DNA of 20,000 nt from Trichinella spiralis (Eukaryota): NCBI RefSeq assembly GCF_000181795.1, contig NW_003526948.1, positions 2,099,141 through 2,119,140 on the forward strand, read 5' to 3'. Both the position numbers and the translations under genes were made by a program. Below the pieces are notes generated by a model. That model ran no database searches and had not been told where the DNA came from. It saw only the letters and a program-made list of their open reading frames with translations. This document shows, in pieces, positions 1-12,300 of the stretch (positions are counted from its first letter, which is position 1; every line of letters begins with the position of its first letter).

Positions 1-1763
1 TTAATTGTATTTTGTCTTTTTTTTTTGCAAATTATCATTTAGCAAAGCGGAACATTATTGTTATTATTATGCTTGTACAGGGGATAAACAATTTTGCAAG
101 TGCACATCTGCTCGGCTTGGTGTATTTAATTAAAATAACATTTTCTCTTCCACGTAATAAAACAAACATTCGTCTGTATTTGATCATCGTGAAAATTGTT
201 CAATTTTTACTCATTCATTCAAATTTTTGACAAACAAGCTATTCATTTGGACGGAAATAAATTCATTTATTCTTTATTAAGTTTCATTTTATTGCTAATA
301 TGACAAATTTGTTGACAAATTTTTCAATTTTTACACTTGATTTATGTTTGAATTGTATTCAAAAAAATTGCATAGCTATCCATCTATAAATGATCATCTG
401 ACACAACATAACGCAATACAATACAATATAATACAAACAAATATTTTGCTTGCTATTTTTTTATACTTCTTTTTTTTGCAGATTATTATTTGATAGATAT
501 ATATATATATATAGTAAGTGCAACAAAGCAGGGCAAAATTGCACAGAAAAGGGTTAATTTAGTTGCATTTTCTCAGTTACGTTTATTTTTCTCTTTTGAG
601 CTCAAGCTGGCTTATATTTTGATTAGCCGATTAGATAAAAACATTTTATTGAATTCTTCTGTGCTGCCGCCGCTGTGTTCGTCGAGTGTTTCGTGTGCAT
701 GTCTGTCAACAATTGTGTATGTTATCTGAATGAATAAAAATAACCAAACCGATCGCTCATATTATACAACTAACAATAATCTTTTAAAAATAAGAAGAAA
801 AATTTTCTCATTAATATTCAAATTTCACTTTTATCAAACTGATAACATGTTTGCCAATATTGATATTTCTTCTTATCTGTTGTTTTGTGTTTTAAAAATT
901 TTAAATTATAATATTTCAAATTTTATACAATTGATCAGAAATAAGTTAAGAAAATAAATATATTTTTCAAGTCATATTCATTCGAACGATGGTTACTAAT
1001 TTTAAAAGTAATTGTATAAAACTTGGATCAATACTGTATTGGATGTTTGTTTTAACAGTCGATTAGCCTTTTAGCCGTCGAAATATTGAGTAAACAAGCG
1101 TTTCGAATAACTAGAACAGAATTGCATATCTATCTGGGTTATATGTTTGATTTTTCGGGACAAATTAATAATCGAAAATGAAGAACATTCGAATTAAAAG
1201 TTGTATAAAAATAAAAAGTTTAAATAAATTAAAAAATCAAAATGCGCGTATAATAATGTTTGAAATTTCAACAAATTCAAAGAGGGAAAGAGAGGTAGCG
1301 ATTGGGAGGGGGGGGTTAGAGTGAAGGTGAAGAAATGCAAGCAGAGGGGTAAATGGTTGAGGGGTAAAATGATTCTTTTTTCCACTGCTTGGTTGGGTCA
1401 TGCTGTAGAAGAAGCAGCAGCAGCAGCAAACACAAAAAGCTGAAACAAAAAGAAGAAGAAGAAGAATATTTTTCAAATAAATTCAGTCGACCAACAGTCA
1501 GTCGTTAGAAGAGCCGGCCGGCGTTTTGTTTGTTCGTTGGAAAATGAATACGCTGAAATTGTCGTCGGTCATTAGTCAAACCTTTGTCGGCCATTTTAGC
1601 TGGTTTCGGGCAGATGTCGTCGGGAAGTGTCGAAAATTTTTGAAAATAATGCACGTTCGTTTGTCAAAAGCCAGCGGTGCCATTTTAGTGCGCCAGTTTT
1701 TATTGAACACTTTGCAGAAAAGCTGAAATTTTTCATAAAAGCTATCACAACCCTAAAAGCTTG

Positions 1764-1854
1764 ACAACAACCACCACCACCATCACAACAGCAACAACAA
1801 CGACAACAACAACAGCAGCAGCATAAGCATAAGCATAAGCATAAGCAGCAGCAG
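1764..1854. repeat. Compound microsatellite (CAA/CAC/CAG)n with (GCATAA)4 at 1821-1844
   Basis: Visible directly. It produces the spurious poly-Cys ORF 1596..1889(-). Confidence 0.9.
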
Positions 1855-3364
1855 TTGCTGTTGTTCTCTTTTATTTTATTATTTTGCAACTTTTTTTTTT
1901 ATTACTTTTGCTCTGCTTCCTTTTACCCATTTTCAATATTATAAATTCATTCATGCATTTTAAATCAACAATGACAACTTTTATTTTCATTCTTATTTGA
2001 ATTTTTTATATCTGTTTTTTTTAAAATTCTTTCATTGACTTTTTCGATGCTTCTATTTCGGTAAGTTGATTATTGCTGTTCTTGAACGTTTGTTCAAATT
2101 TTACGCGATGAATGAAAAAAAATAATAGCAACAACAAATGACAAAATAATGATTTATAAAATTTTATAATTAATTTTTTTTTGTTCCGTCATCAAGTGGA
2201 ACAAAATTGTTTCATTTATTATTAATGGAATATTAATTTGACTTTATTTTCAAAAAAAATAATTATAAAATTAATAATATATTGAAAATGAACAAATAAA
2301 AAGTGTAAATAAGTATTATAAGAGGAAAGAAAACAAGTTTTAATTTCACAGAGAGAGAGAGAGGGAGGGAGGAAATTTGCTTTCTAGTAGATGATGATAA
2401 AGCCGAGTGAATGAATGTGAATTGAATTGATTGAATTGGAAGATTAAGTTTTTATTGTTTGAATTGGGAAATTATTTTTACGTACATGTAATTTATATTG
2501 AAATGATTGAAATATATATATATTTTTGTTTTTCATCTTCATTTGATAATTAATTCAAATTATTTCATTTATATCAAAATGACTGAACATAATTTATGGA
2601 AATGTTGATGAATTCTTCATCTTCATCTTCATCTTTTGCTGCTAATTAATAAATTGTTCGGCACCATTTTTGTTTTCCAGTCAATAAATAGATAGAAGTA
2701 AGGGGCAGAAATTTCTTTCTCAACAGCAAAAGCAGAAAATAAGGTTTTGAATTTTTTTTTTGATTTTGCAAAAACTTGTATCATGTAGCTTTTTTTTTGC
2801 AAACTCGACTTCATTTTTTCCCATAAAATGTTGCATTTCAAACCAACTGTGACGGTGAAAACAGCAACAGGCTGTGCCAATTTGATACACGTGCAATTTC
2901 AGCTCCACAACAGCAAAAAAAATCGTATATATATATATATCTTTTTTCTTATTTTAAATTTTGTTACCACCTAGTTTGGTGTTGGGTTTGGGAAGTGGAA
3001 TTTCACTTGTTCAGTGTTGCATGACGTGTTGCAATATAACCGATGCGAAGAACTGAAATTTTTCTTGCCTTTTATTCCAATCTGACCGACCAATCATCCG
3101 AGAAGAATCGTAAGCTTTCCAAACCCGTGGGATTCGTTCACTTGTATTTTCAAATGAATAGGGTATTTATTTATTTCTCTTTTTTATGCTTGCATGGAAG
3201 AAAATCGAATAGCAGTGTGCGAGAGAGGACGACATTGTGTGTGTGTGAGAAGGAGAGATAGAGAGGGAGAGAGAGAGAGTCGGAAATTTCATATAAAACT
3301 GAGAGGAAGAACAGCTTGCTTGTCAGTCTGCTGCTTTGATCGCGTCCAACAGCAACACGACGCT

Positions 3365-3394
3365 GACGACGACGACGACGACGACAACAACAAC
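3365..3394. repeat. (GAC)7(AAC)3 microsatellite
   Basis: Visible directly. Confidence 0.9.
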
Positions 3395-5321
3395 ATCAGC
3401 AATGACTATTTTACATATAGATCAGAAAATGTGAAAATTGCATTAATTTCAAAATTTCCCAATCTTCTCATTCACCTCTTGCCATTTGCAATACCAGCAA
3501 TTTCCAAGCACTCGATGGATATTATTTGATTCGAGCAGTTTTTTTTGCTTTTTTTCTAATTTTATTTTAATCATCCCGACGCGAACGCGCATGTATGGAA
3601 TTTTCTGTTTACAATTGTTCACCTGCTTATCAAAGAAAAGAAGAGAAAAAATACCAAACAACCCCAAAGCGGCCCTCTTGCGCAGAACAGTTGATGAAAG
3701 GTGACGAGCAGTTGCTTTTTGTTTGTTTGTTCTTAAAAATGTTTATTGCTCATTTATTTAATTAGATTTTTCAGTTTGTTTCAACTTTATTAAAAAAAGA
3801 TTAACAATTTCCCATCTCGTAAAAGCAGTTGCTTTTTTACGCTTGAGAAAATCCCTCCTCCGAAGCTTATAAAAACAAAAACAACATGAGAAAAAAAACA
3901 TTCCCAAATGCTTTTCATTACTTTTTCCAAATTTTTGCAACAGCAATTATTGTTCAATGTTGTTTAGATCGTCTCGTAGCTTGGGAAATGTAGGTACTGT
4001 TGTGTTGTTGACGATGTCGACCGGTTGGTTGGTTGGCTGAGAACGTGTCGAACTCTTTTCTGGCTTCGGGCCAGCTTGTCGCTGTTTTCAGCCTTTGCGT
4101 ACACGCGCGTCTGCGTACGCATGTGTCAACAGCCGTCTTTTCGATGACGCAACTTAACAATCGATGCCTACCCGAACAATCCATTATTTCTACTTGCTCA
4201 TCATTAAAGGATACTGTAATTGGTCGCCGGCGGTCGGCGCTCCGGAGCGCTGCCGCTGCTCGTGCGCTAAGGCTGCGCCAAGGCGCCGCTGCACTGGGCA
4301 CGCCCACGCACTTTGTTCAAAAATTGAATTTTCGCATTTTTGCCGCTTTTTTTCCAACTCAACTTTACCGAATGATGTAGTGTGTTCGCGGTCGATTTTG
4401 ATTATGACCATTATTGCCAACATACTTGCCAATTGATTCTGAACAGTTTGCTGGTTGTAGGTGATTGTAGTTCTATTTCGATTGTTTTTTCTCTTCCATT
4501 TGATGCATGATCCTGGTTGCAGTTTGACTGCGATGATTGTTTTAAATTTAATTACTTTAGCCATATTTGTTTTGTTTTATTCGTAATTTTTTCTGCATGC
4601 AAATAATTATTAATATATATGTTTATGTATATCCATCCGTATATGGATGTTATTATTTTTTTTACCAATTTTGAATTGCAGTTTTGTTATTTCATTTTCC
4701 TAAATTATCTCAAGTGTTGGAAGTTGTTCTATTGCGTTGATTGATTGATCCGAAAGTTGTTTTGTTCGTATTTTTTTCAATTGCATTTCATGCTAATTAG
4801 CAACAGAGTGTGAGGTTGTTTTTGAATAATTCATTATTGGGTTTTGTTGCCAATAATTACTCTGGTCAGTTTCCTTCAATTTTCTGCGCCGTTGATTCGA
4901 ATATTGATGGCAGATTTTAATTTTTTTTGTCTGATTATTTTCTCGAACTCTTGGAAAATTTAAATACATCCATCAGTGTAGTGCAGGAAGTGTGTGTACA
5001 GTATATGATATTGGATTTTTTTTCTTTGCTTTTGAATTTTATTGCCTGCACGTCGACTGTTGGTTCGCGTCCTTGATATTCTGTCGCGTCGACCTATTGT
5101 CATTGTCGCGTTGCGTTTTCGCTCCAGGTCAACTGCGTTGGCGTTTTTGTATTATTTCTCATCGCGTCTTACTGTTTTCTCCCCCCCCCCCTTTTTCTCT
5201 GATTGCCAGTTTTGCAAATTTTCTTTCTCTTCACCCGTGTGCAATATGCAAATTTTATATTTTAATATTTATCCACTTGTGCTTTTAGAATAACGTGCGT
5301 GCCAAGCGACGCCGTTCGTTG

Positions 5322-5331
5322 TTTTGTTCAG
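5322..5331 (+). promoter_or_regulatory. Candidate trans-splice or 5'UTR 3' splice acceptor (TTTTGTTCAG) 86 nt upstream of the daf-2 ATG
   Basis: Nematode-type TTCAG acceptor with a pyrimidine tract. An alternative TTTTAG ends at 5288. Confidence 0.4.
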
Positions 5332-5417
5332 TTCGTGATGAACAACGGCGCCCGAGCAGGGCTGCCGGCCAGACTGTTTTATCAACAACGTTGAGTGATC
5401 TCTGTCGTGCCGGCGCT

Positions 5418-5514
5418 ATGAGAGCTGCGTCGGCCGACCGCCGACATCTTATAGCGTTGCTTGTCTATGTGGTCCTTTTCACCAGTAACATCATCCAATG
5501 TCTTGAAGAAGTTG
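5418..5514 (+). CDS. daf-2: daf-2 exon 1: signal peptide MRAASADRRHLIALLVYVVLFTSNIIQCLEEV
   Basis: ATG, basic N-region and hydrophobic core. Ends at a strong G|GTGAGT donor in phase 1, which joins 9536 (G+TG=Val) to give V-CGGFDIRN. Confidence 0.75.
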
Positions 5515-6330
5515 GTGAGTGATACGTGATAATAAAATATGTATACATACATACATACATATATATATATATATCAGAATTTGTGCACAAAACTCTAATA
5601 ACAATAATACTAATAAGAAAAATCTTCTGTATATGTGATGTACTGATTGAAGAGTGATTGGAAATATTTTGACAGATGTTTGTAATTTTGAAAAAGGTAT
5701 TAGTTATAGGTAATGTGACGGTACCACTCTTTACAGGGTGGGAAACTTGGATGTTACATCCTTGTTGTTGGCAATTTCTTTGCAACATTTCTTATCTATA
5801 TTATCTCTTTTCGTACACTTCTTACAATATATTTTCCTGTTTGTTATTTTCTCTCATTTTTGTTTTCCATAATAATATATATATTCTGATTGGTGAAAAT
5901 TTTCTATTATTATAATAATTATAATTATTCTTGTTGATGTTGATTTTTATACATGTCCCCGGTTTGATGGGATTAGTTGGTCGGACAGCACGCAAGGGTT
6001 TGCAAGTTTGCCAATAAAAATACATTCGCATGTACCGCAGTCGATTGGATTGATTATTGTGTTGAGGACGTGCTTGTTTTTGTCTACACGTTGCTTTATC
6101 GCTCTACGCTTGCTCGAATGCTTGCTTGCTTTCGTCTTAACGATTCTTTCACTGTTTTTCCCATTGAATTTTCCATTCTTTTTCCCTTTTACTACTTCTG
6201 ATTGTTTGTTTTTCAATTTTTCTCATTCCCCAGTCTGTTTCTTATCAATGATAATTATCTCTGATGATGAAATTTAAAAGAGATCAAGAAAATTAAATTA
6301 CATACATCTGCCACCCACCCACACCCACGT

Positions 6331-6362
<32 letters not shown>

Positions 6363-9300
6363 GTATGTATTCCTCGCATGCTATACGCTTTTCAATGCAA
6401 TTGTTTGTTTGTTTGTTCGTTCGTTCGTTTGTTTGTATGTATGTATGATTGCAGTTGATTTGGGAAGGAAGAAAAACGGAATCGTCGAATGCTTACGGAC
6501 TTCATTCAGAACAGCAGAATTTGGTGATTTGGAAAGCGTGTATCAGTCAGTTATTATGTATTTTTTTAAACATTTTTACATTGGCCACTTTAGTTTGGAA
6601 TAGATTTTTGTTTTGTTTGTTTGTTTGTTTGTTTGTTTGTTTAATTATTGTGAAATATCAGAAGCTTAGTTTTAAAACTAGTCTGCCACTGTGGCAGTGA
6701 TACGCACACAGCCGGTGTAGTGTATTGTTGCAAAGGAAGAACACAAAAAAGTATCCAGTTGCACAAGTGTGTAATGATTATTTGAAACAACATTGTTGTG
6801 AGGCGTTTTGCACATTTTGAAATATTATTTACAAAAGCAAATATTTCAAATTTCAATCGAATCGTTTATCAAAAGCGGAAGTGATATTTATCGGAAAGGG
6901 GGTGTGGGAGGAGAGAGAGAGAGAGAGAAGTACATTGTAGATTTATGAATTTATCGTTTTTGAAATTTTAATGCAATACCGTTAAAAGTATAAGTGAAAA
7001 AGAAAACTGTCCTCAGTGGTAGGGATATTGTAGAATTAATTTTGAAAATGTATTATTATCAGAAGAATGAAATTTAATGAAAAATTCAAGTCAACCATTT
7101 GTCGGATGGGCATGCTATTCTGCATACTTTTCTATACCAACCTGATATTATAATTGATTTTCCATTGTTTAATTCAATCAAAAATGCAATTAAATCCTTT
7201 TGATAAATGCACATCAGTTGGAAAATATATTGTTGAAATTATATGAGCTATTGATTATTTTCATGTTTTTCTTCTTCGTCGTCGTCTTTGTTGTCGATTT
7301 TATCAGACATAATATTGGATAAAGAAGGGAAAAATCTTTTCATCTTTCGATTAGAATTTATCTTTAAGCTAACAACTTGTTCACAATTTTCTGTGACAAA
7401 TGTTCCTCTGTTGTACAGTTGACATGTTACGCCCGTTTTTCTTTAGCGGGGCGTGTCAATTTCACACCTGTCTCAAATTTGAATAGCTTTTGTTGTTTTT
7501 ATAAGAAATAATCCATTTTATCTGTAAAATTGCATATGAAATGGAGTTTTAAGCGAAAGATTGAAAATGTGATTCAGTGTTACAATTTCAATTAATTAGT
7601 CCAAGAGGAATTTGATAGTTTAATTCTGGAAGTTTCAATTTGAAAAGAGCATTTCTTTTCAAGAAATAAATAATTAAAATGTTAATTTGTATTTCATTGA
7701 TGACGTATAAATGTGATTATTGTTGAAAATGGGGTTTCAAAATGTTAATTTTAATTAGTAGAAGAGGAAAATTTTCATCTACAGTTGGAATAGGAATGAT
7801 TGAATTGGCCAATTAATCACTTGAACATTGTGAATTAAGTTGTTGTTGTTGTTGCAATTGGTTCTGTTGTTCGTCAAAAAAAAGACATTAAATAGTGAAG
7901 TTGATCACACCACCCATTGGGCGATTTATTTTGATTTTATAAATTGGTTGTTTTCATCCTCATTTCTGCAAAAAGCTTTTGCAAATTGATTTTTTGGATG
8001 CTTTCCGAATGAAATTTCTCATCATTGATGATGATGATAAAAGGCGAACACATTTTGCTTATTCAAATACAAGGAAGTCGAATATCTATATGTATTGTAA
8101 CTTTAATATTAATAATTGATCGTAAAAATAATAATGACGACAAAAGTTTATCAGTAAGCTAACTTGTGGGTATACTGTAAGTTTGATGAGAGCGACGTGA
8201 AAACTTGTCCCGCTTTTTCTAGTGCGATGATGATATTTGCAAAAATTTAATGTTGAATTGAAATTCCACTGTCTAGTTTAAATCGACCGAATTCTTTTCA
8301 ACTGAAACACACTTGTTGACCAGGTTGTCATGTTTTGTTTTCTTGACCATCCAGCTTGACTTGCCTTGATCCTGCCGCCATCAGTATGCATTTTGAATGT
8401 TTTTCTCCAGGCGCTTTGTGCGCTAAGTGTAAATAGATTATTTTGTAAAAGCAGTATCAAAAACAAAGCCAAAAGCAACAACAACAACAGCAGCAGCAAC
8501 AGTAGTACTAATAGTAGTAGTAGTAATAGTAGTGGTGGTGGTGGTTATAAGTAGCAACTTGAAAAATTAAATACCAAATTACATCGTCATTTGTAATGAA
8601 AAAAATAATTTTGAACAAAAAATGCAAATGTGATAATTCAGAAACCCATTTGAAGCAAATTTATCATTTCGTAATAGATGTATATATTTTTAGATAATAT
8701 AATTTTGCAAATATAAAAATGGCAACTGTTTGTAGACTTGTATTCGAAATGCTGGATACTGAAGTGGAGATTCATGCTTGAATTAAAGTGAAAAATTATT
8801 TTCTAAATCTGCAAATATATTATACACCTGCAAATCTGTTGAACAAGCTTGCCTGACCATCAGCATGAGTTGCTGATTTTTCAAATTTTATGTCAAGTGT
8901 CCATTTGGATTAAGAATTTGATTTAAATTGTGGATCAATTAAATACTGGACAGAAAATAGAAATTATTATTACTGCTGTTGTTGTTGTTGTTCTTATGCA
9001 TTGAAGTTTTGTTGACTTGTACAAATTTGACTTTTTTCAAAAAATTTAATTCGGCACTAAACGAATTAATTGGCTCATACTGATGGTCAAGTGAGTATTT
9101 TCGTTCAACGTGAGGATGCAGTTTTTTAATTATCTGGATTGCGTGAAAGTTTGAAAATAATTGAAAGTGAACAATGAATATTAATCAAAAATTTAATTAT
9201 GCAAATTGTAACTACATATTATAGTTTTGAAATTAGATGCACCAAATGTTGAAACGAATTTTTCTTCACTTTTTTGAACTTTGAACTTGACTTACGGAGT

Positions 9301-12300
9301 ACTGTATGATTTGAAATTTAACAGTAACTATTTTCCGGTGCTTCATCGATCGTTGATGAATTTTAGCTAGCTTTAGTTTTTTTTTCTTTCTCATCTGCAC
9401 AAGTTGGTATTATTATTTTTCACTTACAGACGCGAAACAATCGTCGACAGCGGGTGTTGCAAAATTGCTTTTCTTTATTTTTTTTTGATTATAATAAGTT
9501 GTACGTTTTCCATTTTTAAAGGTTTCCAATTCTAGTGTGTGGTGGTTTTGACATTCGAAATTCTCCAAAGCGTTTCATTGAAAATTTGGGACCTCGTGCC
9601 CGCCTCCAATGGCGTCGCTGTACCGTAATCGAAGGGGATGTACGATTGATACTGATGACTCGGGACAACATGACTCAAGAAGATTTCAACGTTGCCATCA
9701 TGCCCAACTTGCGAGAAATCACCGGCTCTGTGCTGGTTTTTCAAGTAGTGTAAGTGGAAAGTTTGTTCGTTTGCTTGTTTTTGTCGATTGTGTACTTTTT
9801 GTTTTGCTGCAGAGGTTTGGAATCTCTTGGGGCGTTGTTTCCTAATTTGCGTATCATTCGTGGAAATGGTTTGGTTTACAACTATGCGTTGGTGTTGTTT
9901 CAAAATCCCAATCTTCGAGAGATCAATTTGGCAAATTTGACGGAAATATCTAAAGGTGGTGTTCGAATCGTCAACAACGGTGAACTGTGCTATGTGAATA
10001 CGATTCTCTGGTCGCAGTTGTGTCGTGAAGAAGATGCGCACATTGTCATCGAAGGAAATCGAGATCCGAGTATGGCACATTTTTATTTTACATGAATTAG
10101 ATTTTCACAGTATTAAGTATTTTAATTTTCTTTCCTTTTTCATTTCTTCATTATAATTTTATTTTGCAGTGTTATGCTCGGAAAAATGTACTGATACAAC
10201 CAATGACCCTTTTTGTGCCCAGCACACAAATTCAGAAGGTCCGTCGAAAGCTTGTTGGAATGGAGAAAATTGTCAACTAGGTAATATGGAAAATTGGAAA
10301 ACAAACCACTTATTATACACATATGTATATATATATATATATGTGTGTGTTTATTTAGCTTGCCCTGCAGAATGCACTGAAAAGAATTTAGCTTGTAATA
10401 CAACAATGGAAAAACCGTTTTGTTGTCACAGACGTTGTGTTGGCGGTTGTATTGGTCCGACTGATCGAGATTGCTATGCTTGTCGCGATGTTATTTATCA
10501 AGGCCAATGTTTGGATAAATGCCCGAAAGGTTTATACGAGGTGATGAGTTTGTGATTTACAAAAAAAAAATACTATTTGATAGTTTTTGATTTTGAAATA
10601 ATTTATGTCGTGGTTTTTTTCTTTTTTTTTGATTAGCTTGGACATCGTCGTTGCATTAATCAAGAAGAATGCATCAGTCGTCACCCGGTTAAAGATGAAG
10701 TAACGGGCGATATTTTGAGATACAAAGCTCTGGATGCCGAAGGTTCTTGCGTTCTTAAATGTCCCACTGGATATGAAGAAGATCCGAATGATGATCGCAA
10801 ATGTGTCCTTTGTCAAGGAGTTTGCTTGAAAAGTGATTTGCTTGTTCAACTATTGTTCGATAAGCTATTGTTACATTGTCGTTCGAATTGTTGCAGAATG
10901 TTTCGGTGGTGATGTGAGAAGCTTAGCCGAAGCAGCCCAGTTCAAAGGATGCAACATCGTTCTTGGTCCTCTGGATATCATGATGCAAAGTAGGTTTACG
11001 AATTTGCATTTTAACACGAAAAATTGGAAATTTCTATTGTGTTTTTTTATTTTTTAAAGGAAACGTAGCTGGCAAGTTGGAAGAATATTTGGGCGACATA
11101 CGTGAAATTACCCACTATTTGAAAGTGTCATTTTCCCCGTCGTTTGTCTCGTTGAACATGCTGAAAAATTTGCGCATCATTCGTGGTCAAGAATTGTGGA
11201 ACGACAAGTAAGTAGGCTTCTTTATTTTTCCAGCTTTTCTATTATTATTTATTGCATAATTTTTGCACGTTTATTTGTGGTTTTTTCTAATACTTTTTTT
11301 CAGATATGCATTGTCAGTTTTTGAAAACGAACATTTGTCAAAATTGTGGAATTTTACAGCCGGCGAAGAGAAGCTTCACATCGAAAACGGCAAGCTGCAG
11401 TTTCACAACAATCCCAATCTTTGTTATAGAACTATTGTTGAACTGGTGGAAATAGTTGGCCAGAAGGACAGTTTGCACGAATTTGACGTATCGCCTATGT
11501 CTAATGGAAACAAAGCAGTCTGTATGTGTTGTATAGACAGACTTACTTATACATTATTGCATATTCTATTTTGACGGGAATTTTTGATCGATTGTCGATG
11601 CTCTGCTCTTAGGCGAAGAATTAGAAATTGAAATTGAACGACGATTTGTCGGACCGGACACGATCGTTTTGCGATGGGATACATTCAACACCAGCATGAT
11701 GGATCACAGGATGTTTCTCGGCTATCAGCTTTACTATCGGCCAGTGGACAGTGAAAACGTGAGCATTGTTGAAAATCGTGACGCTTGCCATGATAGGTAA
11801 TTTTATCTTGTGCGTTTCTGTTTTGTGGTAATTTGAAAATTTTATTGTTGTGTTTTTAATTTCAGTTGGAAAATGTTATTTTACCAACCATCCGAACGGG
11901 GCGCTTTTTTGAGCGAATTGAAGCCTTACACATTGTATGCCTTTTACATAACCACTTTGATGGTGAATTCTCCTGGTGCCAGGGGTGGAATTTCCAAAGT
12001 GGTTTATGTTCGAACTGCATTCGGACGTAAGCACCGGGTGGGAATGTAAATGGGATTGCAATTTCGATGATTATTGTTTTGCAGATCCGAGTTCAATAAT
12101 TTTGAAAAAAGTCGAAAGTCGAAGTCCGTGGACAATTTACTTGGAATGGGAACCTCCACTGTTGCCGAACGGCGAAGTTACCCATTACATGATCAGTTAT
12201 GTGGAAAAAGTACGTGCCACATCGTCGGACCGAAATTATTGCGAAGAGCCGCCGGATTATTCGGTGAATTTGGACAAATTGCCTGGGTCGAATTCGGCTG

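Noticed and set aside
12..3946. Many 60-110 aa ORFs upstream (poly-Cys, poly-Asp, Phe/Leu/Ile-rich)
   Set aside because: They are translations of microsatellites and AT-rich non-coding DNA, mostly with non-ATG starts, no domain similarity and no coherent exon chain.
11976..12084. N-terminal MPGVEFPKWF...YCFA of the 744-aa ORF as a protein start
   Set aside because: It is out-of-frame exon 11 sequence plus intron 12027-12084. The real frame enters at 12085.
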